Made by a program: the position numbers and the translations under genes
Notes under the pieces: model-generated
Databases searched by the model: none
Told to the model about the DNA's origin: nothing
Seen by the model: the letters and a program-made list of their open reading frames with translations, nothing else
Source: Gemmatimonadota bacterium
GTDB lineage: Bacteria; Gemmatimonadota; Gemmatimonadetes; Palauibacterales; KS3-K002
NCBI GenBank assembly: GCA_039586795.1
Contig: JBDHJS010000027.1
Span: 1-64,000 of the forward strand
Length of the DNA: 64,000 nt
Direction: 5' to 3'
Part shown: positions 6,331-14,521 of the stretch, piece after piece
How the letters are laid out: each line of letters starts with the position of its first letter
How positions within the stretch are numbered: the stretch's first letter is position 1

Positions 6331-9087
6331 CTACCCAACGAGCTCCTGGAAGCGGGGGTCGTTTCTCAAGGGTTCCCACCACCAGTCGACCTTGCCAACG
6401 TACTCCTTACTTCCCGGCACGGCCTCGAGGTGCCGTTCCAGCAACTGCAATGCCTCATCTGTCTCTCCGAGCAGTAGTCGGACGTAGGCCTCGTTGTAGT
6501 CGTGCATAGGATCGGGCTCCGCCACCGCGGCGCGTGCCAGGTCAATCACGGCTCGTGCGCTGTCACTCGAGCCGGCGCGGGCCAATACGGCGGCGACATA
6601 CATCAGGGTCGAGGGTCGGAGCCTTACGCTCGCCTGTGGCGGGCTATACTCCAGGAGTTCCTCGGCAAGCTCCCAAGCTGTCGTCACATCGGGTTCGGGT
6701 CCACCAGCCGAGGCAAGAGCCAGCAGCTGACTGTTGATGAGGGTGCGGTTCTGCGGATAGGCCTCACGCCCTTCGGTGCATCGTCGATCTGCCTCGTCCC
6801 ACTCGCGCAGCTCGATCAGGGTGTGGCACAGTCGAGCGTAGGCCTGGCCGCGCCGTTCGTAGAACTGGTCGACTTCGATAGCCCGCTCGGCGGCATACCG
6901 AGCTTCCTCCAGGTCACCGCCCAACCGTAGGACATTGGACAGGGTTTCCCACGCGTGGGCATCATTTGGATCGATCGTTGTGGCGGTCCGTAGATCCTGC
7001 TCGGCCATCTGCCGCTGGGCTACCGCTTCCTCCTCGTCCACCGCCTCCCGCAGCCAGTAACGCAGGTTCCCGCGAAGGGCGAGCGCTCGTGCGTTTTCAG
7101 GATCGAGTTCGAGGGCCCGGTCAGTCAAAGCGATCCCGCCATACAACATGCTTGGATCACGCCTGCGAACGCTTCTGCCCAGGATTCTGGCGCGCTCGTA
7201 CATGATCCAACCGCGTTCGACAATCGGGTCAGCCCATCCATCGTCGATCCGATTCGCGTCGGCGAACATCGAGTCGGCCCGATCGTACGTTGCCAGAGCC
7301 AGTTCGGGGGACCCCTCGGTGCGTAGGTCTTTCGCTTCGCTGACCCACTCGCGCCCATAGGCATAGAGCTCCCAGGCCGCGTTGCTTTCGGTGGCCGCCA
7401 TACGCTCCAGGTCGCGAAGTATGACCCCGAGCTCCACACGCAGAGCCCGAGAGACCTCGGCGCCCAAATCGTCAAGCAAGGCGAGTGTTTCGACGCGCGG
7501 CCTCTGGTGTCGCGCGCTGTGGACCACGACGCGTCGGTTGGCGTCGAACAGTCTGACCGTAATGCGGATGTCGTCCTGAAAAGCGATGATCGTTCCCTCG
7601 ATCAGGGTGCCTGCTTCCAGATCGCCGATCACGCTGTCGAGGACGACATCCGCCCCGCTGTATCGTTTGACCGCCGAATAGGGAAGCACCTCGAGTACGT
7701 CGATATGGCTGAGTTGATCGATCAATGCCTCGGGAATGGCGAGCGCCAGGTGACCCAAAACCTGCCCTTCGCTCTGGTCGTCGAACGGCAACACGGCGAT
7801 CCGCGTCGGGTGCAAAGCCGAGGCGGCTTCAGTCCCCACCGCGGCGCCGGAGGAGCCGACGATTCGTATTCCAACCAGCAGCGCGATGATCAGAGCGGCT
7901 AGCGCGGCCAGGAGATGTGCCGGCCTGGCTCGCACCGCCCACCGTCTCCAGCTGCGCCGCAACGCCGGCTCGCTGGGTGAAATCACGGGGTCGTCCTGCG
8001 TCCAGGATGCTGACAATACCAGCGGAAGGCCGAGGGCGAGGACAATCGGGAGCGCCGTTAGAGCCCACCGTCCGACTGTTCCGGAGTCGACAAGCCTGCC
8101 GGTCAACTCCAGCGCCAGCCAGGCGCACGCGACGTAGGCTAGACCGATATGCAGTACGAGGCGGTCCCTAAGCTCGCGCAGAATCCACTTCGCCCTCTGA
8201 ATCGGATGTTCGGGGAGCAACTGAGGGCGCAGTGCCCCACCGTTGCTATTGGCCGGCAAGAGGCTGGCGCAGAATTCATCGGTTGTCGAGAAACGATCCT
8301 TCGGAGCTTTGGCGAGTGCCTTTCTCAAGGTGGCCGATACCGTCTTCGGCACAGAGGGACGTACGCTGTGAATCGGGCGCGGTCGCTCTATCATGTGGCG
8401 CGCGATGATGCCCTGCGGTGTTTGCCCCGTAAACGGTGGCTCGCCTGCCAGCATCTCGTAAAGCACACAGGCCAGTGAATAGATGTCGGTCCGCGTATCA
8501 AGCTCGGTCTCCCCGCTGGCCTGCTCTGGACTCATGTAGGTCGGCGTGCCGACGAAGACCCCGCTCTGAGTCATACGCTCGCCGCCGGCTTCGTCGATCG
8601 CGCTCGCGATGCCGAAGTCCGCGAGAACCGCATGACGTTCCGATAGCAGAATGTTCTCCGGCTTCACGTCCCGGTGTACGACGCCGTGGCTGTGCGCGTA
8701 ACTCAACGCGTCGGCAACCTCGTTCGTGATGCGGATCGCGTCATACAGCGTCAACCGCTTCTCTCTATCGAGGCGATCCCGTAATGACTCGCCCTCCACA
8801 AAGGGCATGACGTAGTAGAGAAACCCGCTCGCCTCACCCGAGTCGTGTAGCGGCAGAATGTTGGTGTGTTGGAGACGCGCCTCGATCCCGATCTCGCGCA
8901 GAAAGCGCTCGCCCCCCAGCATCGAGGCCAGTTCCGGATGCAGGACCTTGATCGCTACGAATCGCTTGTGCTTGAGATCTTCGGCCAGGTAGACAGTCGC
9001 CATCCCGCCGCGACCGACTTCTCTCTCGAACCGGTAACGATCGGACAGGGCCGACTGTAGGCAGGCAAGCACATCCAATCCGGTCAC
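6331..9087 (-). CDS. Ser/Thr protein kinase with TM segments, TolB-like domain and TPR repeats
   Basis: GRGGMA, VAIK, HRDVKPEN, DFG and GTPTYMSPEQ motifs; ELRDRLV...YVACAW TM module; IAVLPF TolB_N-like motif; TPRs; ends LRNDPRFQEL. Confidence 0.93.
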   Translation of the reverse strand: MTGLDVLACLQSALSDRYRFEREVGRGGMATVYLAEDLKHKRFVAIKVLHPELASMLGGERFLREIGIEARLQHTNILPLHDSGEASGFLYYVMPFVEGESLRDRLDREKRLTLYDAIRITNEVADALSYAHSHGVVHRDVKPENILLSERHAVLADFGIASAIDEAGGERMTQSGVFVGTPTYMSPEQASGETELDTRTDIYSLACVLYEMLAGEPPFTGQTPQGIIARHMIERPRPIHSVRPSVPKTVSATLRKALAKAPKDRFSTTDEFCASLLPANSNGGALRPQLLPEHPIQRAKWILRELRDRLVLHIGLAYVACAWLALELTGRLVDSGTVGRWALTALPIVLALGLPLVLSASWTQDDPVISPSEPALRRSWRRWAVRARPAHLLAALAALIIALLVGIRIVGSSGAAVGTEAASALHPTRIAVLPFDDQSEGQVLGHLALAIPEALIDQLSHIDVLEVLPYSAVKRYSGADVVLDSVIGDLEAGTLIEGTIIAFQDDIRITVRLFDANRRVVVHSARHQRPRVETLALLDDLGAEVSRALRVELGVILRDLERMAATESNAAWELYAYGREWVSEAKDLRTEGSPELALATYDRADSMFADANRIDDGWADPIVERGWIMYERARILGRSVRRRDPSMLYGGIALTDRALELDPENARALALRGNLRYWLREAVDEEEAVAQRQMAEQDLRTATTIDPNDAHAWETLSNVLRLGGDLEEARYAAERAIEVDQFYERRGQAYARLCHTLIELREWDEADRRCTEGREAYPQNRTLINSQLLALASAGGPEPDVTTAWELAEELLEYSPPQASVRLRPSTLMYVAAVLARAGSSDSARAVIDLARAAVAEPDPMHDYNEAYVRLLLGETDEALQLLERHLEAVPGSKEYVGKVDWWWEPLRNDPRFQELVG

Positions 9088-9350
9088 CCCCTCAGTGCTG
9101 TGGGGCGTCCGGGCCGCTTGATGTGCCCGCGGGAAGGTGCAGGGCTATCAAGGCTCGGGTCCTCAGCGGGTGGGAGGTCCATGCATAGCCCCTGCCCAAT
9201 ATACCCTTGCTGATCTGCAATATACCGGCTGTGGCCAGGACCGTCCAGTTGCTGTGTGATGTTGGCCAGGCGGTCCGCCGCCAGATCTGGTCTGCTGGAA
9301 GTGGATCCGCCGGGTCGAGGGCGCGTTTCGGCCGAGCGGGTCGCTAAAGA

Positions 9351-9444
9351 TTGCCAATCGCATTCGAGCGTTACATAGTTGCGGCATAGGGAGGTGGGCT
9401 GAGGACGAACTCTCCTCCAACAGGAGTCCTCAGTCGTGTTAGTA
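9351..9444 (+). promoter_or_regulatory. Leader cassette copy 2: promoter TTGCCA-N17-CATAGT plus conserved hairpin
   Basis: AGGTGGGCTGAGGACG (9392-9407) and GGAGTCCTCAGTCGTG (9423-9438) are identical to copy 1. Confidence 0.75.
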
Positions 9445-9711
9445 AAAGACGGAGAAGCTCACCAACAGCGCGGGCCTGGACCGGTACGTCATGCCGCTCG
9501 GCCTGTTCCATCCCACGCGGTCACGAGTTCACTGAAAAAGGTCGTGGCCGCCGTCGAGACCCGTGGCAGGAGTTCAGACAAAAAACTCGGCCGCGGGTAT
9601 TCTTGTTTTCAACTTGATTGCCGCGCGACAGAGTATGGGGGCAGAGGGCTCAGGTTCTCGAGGCCGGAGGCTTACGGCACCTGACCGTACGGTGCACCGG
9701 AGGTGGTACGG

Positions 9712-10500
9712 ATGGCCCCGGAAAAGCCAGGGACTTCAGTATACTTCGGCAAGCTGATCGCCAGCCGCCCGGATCGGGCCGGTAAGGCGGTGGGCGCCGC
9801 CGCGCTGGGTTCGCTGGCTCTTCACACGCTGCTCATCGGTGCCGCGGTGTGGGTGACGCTGGCACTTGGCAAGGAAGTTGGGGCCGGAGCCGCGGAACAG
9901 ATCACCGTGTTCGAGATCATGGAGCTGGAGCCGACCCCGCTGCCGCCGCGGCCGGAGCCGCCGTTGGCCCAGGAGCCGCTTCGCGAGGATGTCGCGCCGG
10001 CCGAGCCGCCGAGCGAGTTACCCAGGGGTTTCCAGACGCTCGCCGAACCCGAGCTCATCCCTTACGAGATTCCTCCCCCCACTCCAATCGTCATCGAAGC
10101 GGCCGATTTCAGCGGCGAGGGCGTTGAGGGTGGAGTGGCCGAAGGGACGGGCACGGATACAGTAGTCTCGAGGCCGGCCGCATTGGAGGATGGACCAACG
10201 ATCACGCCCTACGACGTTCCTCCACGGCTGAAAAACCCGGACGAAGTGGGAGAAGCGCTCCTGCGACTGTATCCCAGAGTGTTGCGGCAGGCCGGGGTGA
10301 CCGGCACGGTCGAGTTGTGGATCCTGATCGACGACACCGGCCGCACTGTGAAGAGCGAGGTCCGGATCTCCAGTGGGCGGGATGCTTTTGATGAGGCGGC
10401 GCTTGCGTTAGCTGAGATCATGGAGTTCACGCCGGCGGAGAACCAAGGTGAACAGGTGGCCGCCTGGATAATCATCCCGGTGGAATTCGTGATGAGATAG
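9712..10500 (+). CDS. tonB: Energy transducer TonB
   Basis: SLALH TM motif, Pro-rich spacer, YP...GVTGTV...FTPA TonB C-terminal domain; GGAGG RBS before ATG 9712. Confidence 0.9.
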   Translation: MAPEKPGTSVYFGKLIASRPDRAGKAVGAAALGSLALHTLLIGAAVWVTLALGKEVGAGAAEQITVFEIMELEPTPLPPRPEPPLAQEPLREDVAPAEPPSELPRGFQTLAEPELIPYEIPPPTPIVIEAADFSGEGVEGGVAEGTGTDTVVSRPAALEDGPTITPYDVPPRLKNPDEVGEALLRLYPRVLRQAGVTGTVELWILIDDTGRTVKSEVRISSGRDAFDEAALALAEIMEFTPAENQGEQVAAWIIIPVEFVMR

Positions 10501-10536
10501 AGAGAGTCTTCCAACGATAGAAGCGAGGGTGGTCAA

Positions 10537-11238
10537 ATGGAAGGATCACTACTTGAGCTGTGGGCTGCGATGGGCTGGTTTGCGCGCGCCGTCGTTTTTG
10601 TGCTGCTGCTGATGTCAGTGCTCGCCGCGGCGGTGGCAATTCGCAAAACCGCTCAGTTCCATCGCGCTCGCAAGACGACGCTCCTCTTTTCGCCGCTATT
10701 CTCAGATGCGCTCGCCAGAAACGAGTTGCCAGAAGCCCGCGAGCTCATCGAGCAACATACTCGGAGCCACCTGGCGTTTACGTTTCAGCGCGTGCTGGAT
10801 GATCTGATAGCCGACGGGGTGAGAACCGGCAACCCGGGAGTGGATGTCGCCGGGGCGGAGCGAACCATGGAACTCAATTCCCTGGAACAGCTTGCGGGCT
10901 TTCGCCGCGGGCTCGGCGTGCTGGCCACTACGGGGTCGACGGCTCCTTTCGTTGGCCTGCTGGGAACTGTGGTCGGGGTGGTGAACGCGTTTCAGGGGAT
11001 GGCGGTCTCCGGGAGTGGAGGATTGAGCGCCATCTCGCAAGGGATCGCCGAGGCACTGGTGGCGACGGCCATCGGCTTGCTCGTCGCCATCCCCGCCGTC
11101 TGGCTCTACAACTACTTCGTCAATCGTATCGAGCTGATATCCATGGAGATCATGCATGGCTCGAAGCAGCTGATCGACTACCTGTTGCGCTATGACTCTC
11201 GAGTAGAGCCGCAAGCGATCGCGGAGGCATCGTCATGA
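10537..11238 (+). CDS. exbB: MotA/TolQ/ExbB proton channel protein
   Basis: LATTGSTAPFVGLLGTVVG and GIAEALVATAIGLLVAIPA motifs. Confidence 0.92.
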   Translation: MEGSLLELWAAMGWFARAVVFVLLLMSVLAAAVAIRKTAQFHRARKTTLLFSPLFSDALARNELPEARELIEQHTRSHLAFTFQRVLDDLIADGVRTGNPGVDVAGAERTMELNSLEQLAGFRRGLGVLATTGSTAPFVGLLGTVVGVVNAFQGMAVSGSGGLSAISQGIAEALVATAIGLLVAIPAVWLYNYFVNRIELISMEIMHGSKQLIDYLLRYDSRVEPQAIAEASS

Positions 11239-11675
11239 AATCGCCGCTCGAGCTTCGCAGCTCAAACGTCATATCGCAGATCAACGTGACACCGATGGTG
11301 GACGTCATGTTGGTCCTGCTCATCATCTTCATGGTGGTCACCCCGGCGATCGTCGCTGGTTTCCAGGTTCAGCTGCCGAGAGGCGAGCACTTGAGGGAGC
11401 GGCCAGAATACGAGCAGCGGGTAGTTCTCGGCATCGATGCGGAGGGTCGCTACTACTTGAACAAGGCGCCGATCGCTCGCGATCAGGCACTCGATCTTCT
11501 GACGGCAGCATTCGCCGACCGGCCGCTGGACAAGGTGCTGTTCATCAAGGCGCACCGCAGCCTGGAATATCAGGAGATACTGACCGCGATGGCGACGGCG
11601 CGAGCGGCTGGTGCGCGGGTCGTCGCCGCCGTAACCGAACAGCGCGCGCCAAGCTTACCGGATCGAGAACGCTAG
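11235..11675 (+). CDS. exbD: ExbD/TolR biopolymer transport protein
   Basis: INVTPMVDVMLVLLIIFMV motif; 4-nt overlap with exbB. Confidence 0.92.
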   Translation: MKSPLELRSSNVISQINVTPMVDVMLVLLIIFMVVTPAIVAGFQVQLPRGEHLRERPEYEQRVVLGIDAEGRYYLNKAPIARDQALDLLTAAFADRPLDKVLFIKAHRSLEYQEILTAMATARAAGARVVAAVTEQRAPSLPDRER

Positions 11676-11698
11676 GCGCTGGCATTCGGAGACCGATC

Positions 11699-12106
11699 AT
11701 GGAGACTCAGCCGGACAGCGGGAAGCGACTGTCGAGCATGGCGGACATCAACATGACGCCGATGATCGATGTCCTCCTGGTTCTGCTTGTCATTTTCATG
11801 CTGGCGCAGCCGCTGCTGCAAAGGAGCATCGATGTCCAGATTCCGCTGGAGAATGACACCGATACGGCGCTAGATGTACCGCCCATTGTCCTTGAAATCG
11901 ATGCGGGAGGCGGCTACCGGATCAACAATCAACCGGTTCCCGGTGGCCAGCTCGAAGCGCAGCTTAGAGAGATATACCAGGGCCGACCGGACAAGTTGCT
12001 GTTCGTAAAAGCCGGGAGTCGAGTTATATACCAGGACGTGATTACGGCGATGGACGCGGCCCGTGGCGCCGGTGTCGAGGTGCTCGGAGCGGTTATCGGC
12101 CAATAA
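11699..12106 (+). CDS. exbD: ExbD/TolR biopolymer transport protein, second copy
   Basis: INMTPMIDVLLVLLVIFM motif. Confidence 0.92.
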   Translation: METQPDSGKRLSSMADINMTPMIDVLLVLLVIFMLAQPLLQRSIDVQIPLENDTDTALDVPPIVLEIDAGGGYRINNQPVPGGQLEAQLREIYQGRPDKLLFVKAGSRVIYQDVITAMDAARGAGVEVLGAVIGQ

Positions 12107-12132
12107 GTACCAGCGGTGGAGCGTTGCATAAG

Positions 12133-12157
12133 AGAGGGGCGGTAGAACCGCCCCTCT
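12133..12157. terminator. Hairpin terminator between convergent genes
   Basis: agaggggcggt-aga-accgcccctct, 11-bp stem. Confidence 0.75.
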
Positions 12158-12160
12158 TGT

Positions 12161-12562
12161 CTATACATTCACTTTCGTGATGTTGGTTCGGGTTTCCGCC
12201 GACAGGAAGTCGGGCGGCGGATCTACAGGTCTGAGCTTGATGACCGCGTAGACCTCCTCCTTGCCCGGTTCGGTGTTCACGTGGTGCTCGGGAAACTCGG
12301 CCTCGTAATCGAGATCGATTTCCTGGCTCGACGGCTCGATGTAGTGACGCCACTGACCCTCGTGGATTTCTCCCACCCTGACCCCCTTGGGCAATGGCCA
12401 AAGTCTGTCGTCTTTGAACGGGTCCTGTTCCCAGAACTCGATCTGCACCAGCCAGGGGTGGCCGATCTCATTCGGGTCGAAGTTGAGCTTCATCCCCACC
12501 TTGAACGTGACGAACTTGTCCAGCAGTTCGTGATCGAGCTTCGCGCTCGCAAAGCTAGCCAT
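12161..12562 (-). CDS. Small beta-rich hypothetical protein, 133 aa
   Basis: AAAGGAGA RBS before ATG 12562; coding-like codon usage; IEFWEQDPFKDD acidic loop; no signal peptide. Confidence 0.8.
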   Translation of the reverse strand: MASFASAKLDHELLDKFVTFKVGMKLNFDPNEIGHPWLVQIEFWEQDPFKDDRLWPLPKGVRVGEIHEGQWRHYIEPSSQEIDLDYEAEFPEHHVNTEPGKEEVYAVIKLRPVDPPPDFLSAETRTNITKVNV

Positions 12563-12784
12563 CGCCGTGTCTCCTTTCGTGCTCGAATGCGAGCACCTGG
12601 ATAGCCCACCGCACAGCTCTGCCCGATTTGCTGGCAGGATATCAAATATGTATGGGACCCCTGGCCTCGGCAATGTCCATTTCCGCCCGGAAGCTAGCGA
12701 TTATAGCTTGTGATTCTTGCGGCTGACCGCATCGCGAGGGATCTTGTGATGCCGACATACCACTAACCGGTGAGGAACCCGCGA

Positions 12785-14521
12785 ATGCCGCCTTTTCTGC
12801 AGCGTCTGAGGGAGCGCAAGATCGTCCAGTGGGCGGTAGCGTATCTAGCGGGCGCATGGGCCATCATGGAGGTCGCCGGGTACGTGGGCGACCAGTTCAG
12901 CTGGCCCGCGGTAGTTGGGCAGGTCATCACCGTTCTGGCGGTCGTCGGTTTCTTCCTCACGCTCGTGCTCGCCTGGTACCACGGCGAGAAAGGCCGCCAG
13001 CGGGTCAGCGGACCCGAGCTGTTGATGGTCGCGGCGCTGCTGCTCATTGCGGCGGTCGCCGTGTCGCTGATTCCCGGCTCTGAGGAAGGCGCGACATCGT
13101 CAGCACCTTTCCGGACCCCGGCCGGCAGCGGCCGTCCGGCCATCGCCGTTCTCTCCTGCGAGAACTTCAGTCCCGATCCGACCGATGCCTCGTTCGCCAA
13201 TGGGATGCACGACGAGATCCTCGTCCGCCTCTCGAAGATCTCGGGGCTCAGCACGATCGGGCGTGAAACCGTCGAGTGGTATCGAGACCATCCACGTCCG
13301 ATGAGGGAGATGGTGGCGGAGCTTGGTGTCGGCTTCATCGGCGAGTGCAGCGTGCGGAAGGACCAGAGCCAGAACCAGATCCGCGTCACTTTCCAGCTGA
13401 TCGACGGGAATACGGGCAGCCAGATCTGGGCCGAGAACTACGACCGCAGCCTGACTGCCTCATCTATTTTTGCCATCCACAGCGATGTCGCGCAGCAAGT
13501 CGCTCGGGCAGTGGGCGCCGTGCTGACGCCTGAGGAACAAGCGCGCATCGGTACACGACCCACGGAAAGCCTGGACGCCTACACGGCGAACTCCATCGGC
13601 CGTGTCTGGCTGTCGCGCCGCGGGACCCAGGGCAGTGAGGCGTTGGAGCAAGCCATCGCCCGGTTCGAGGAAGCTTTGCAGCACGACAGCGCCTTCGCCC
13701 CGGCCTACGCTGGCCTGGCGACGGCCTACCTGTTGTCGCCGTTCTATGGGGAGTTCGTGCCCGGCGATGTGGCGTATCAGCGAGCGGCCGACGCCGTGCA
13801 GGCGGCGCTGCGGCTCAACCCCGATCTTGCGGAGGCTCACACCGCGCTGGCGTTCTTGAACATTAATTATGAATGGGAATGGCAGGCGGGCGAGCGGGGC
13901 TATCGCCGCGCCATCGAGCTCGATCCCGGCTTCGCCACCACCTATCAGTGGTTCGGCTTCTACTTCATCACCATGCGGCGCTTCGACGACGCGCAGGAGT
14001 CGATGCGCACCGCGCTGCGTATCGAACCGCTTTCGCCGATCATCAACGAAGACTACGGCGACGCGTACTACTACGATCGCGACTACGAAAGAGCGATCGA
14101 GCAGTACGAGCGGACGCTTGCCCTATTCCCCGCTCGACAGTCCACCCACATCATGCTGGGCCTGGCTTTGCTTCAGCTTCAGCGGTACGAGGAGGCCAGA
14201 GAACAACTGCTGCTCGGGCTCGGCGACACGGAGGGGCCGCCGCAGCTACCCGGGGCGGGAGCGCTCTCCGTCGTCTATTCCAGGTTGGGCGATTCGGACG
14301 CGGCTCAGGAGATCGTCGACCGTTCGGCCGGCGGCACGATTCAGATGCGGCTATTCTCCTATGCCGGAACCGAGGACGTGGATGGCGCGTTCGAGATGAT
14401 CGATCTAGCCGTCGATCAACGCGCGCCCTGGTTGTGGCGCGTGACCGTAGATCCGCTGTTCGACTTCCTGAGATCGGACTCCCGCTACGACGACCTGCTG
14501 AGCAAGATGGGACTCGATTAA
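12785..14521 (+). CDS. TolB-like/TPR membrane protein without a kinase domain
   Basis: RLRERKIVQWAVAYLAGAW TM module, IAVLSCENFS TolB_N-like domain, TPRs, DPLFDFLRSDSRY C-terminus. Confidence 0.88.
   Translation: MPPFLQRLRERKIVQWAVAYLAGAWAIMEVAGYVGDQFSWPAVVGQVITVLAVVGFFLTLVLAWYHGEKGRQRVSGPELLMVAALLLIAAVAVSLIPGSEEGATSSAPFRTPAGSGRPAIAVLSCENFSPDPTDASFANGMHDEILVRLSKISGLSTIGRETVEWYRDHPRPMREMVAELGVGFIGECSVRKDQSQNQIRVTFQLIDGNTGSQIWAENYDRSLTASSIFAIHSDVAQQVARAVGAVLTPEEQARIGTRPTESLDAYTANSIGRVWLSRRGTQGSEALEQAIARFEEALQHDSAFAPAYAGLATAYLLSPFYGEFVPGDVAYQRAADAVQAALRLNPDLAEAHTALAFLNINYEWEWQAGERGYRRAIELDPGFATTYQWFGFYFITMRRFDDAQESMRTALRIEPLSPIINEDYGDAYYYDRDYERAIEQYERTLALFPARQSTHIMLGLALLQLQRYEEAREQLLLGLGDTEGPPQLPGAGALSVVYSRLGDSDAAQEIVDRSAGGTIQMRLFSYAGTEDVDGAFEMIDLAVDQRAPWLWRVTVDPLFDFLRSDSRYDDLLSKMGLD

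Noticed and set aside
9436..9684. 82-aa ORF as a stand-alone protein
   Set aside because: No recognisable family and no RAPP motif; treated only as part of leader copy 2.
9440..9711. Cobalamin riboswitch upstream of tonB
   Set aside because: No B12-box or GGGAA...CCCGCAACTGT core was found.
12642..12680. Short minus-strand uORF MDIAEARGPIHI as another arrest peptide
   Set aside because: It has RGP only, without the second Pro, and no leader hairpin or homology to the RAPPP uORFs.
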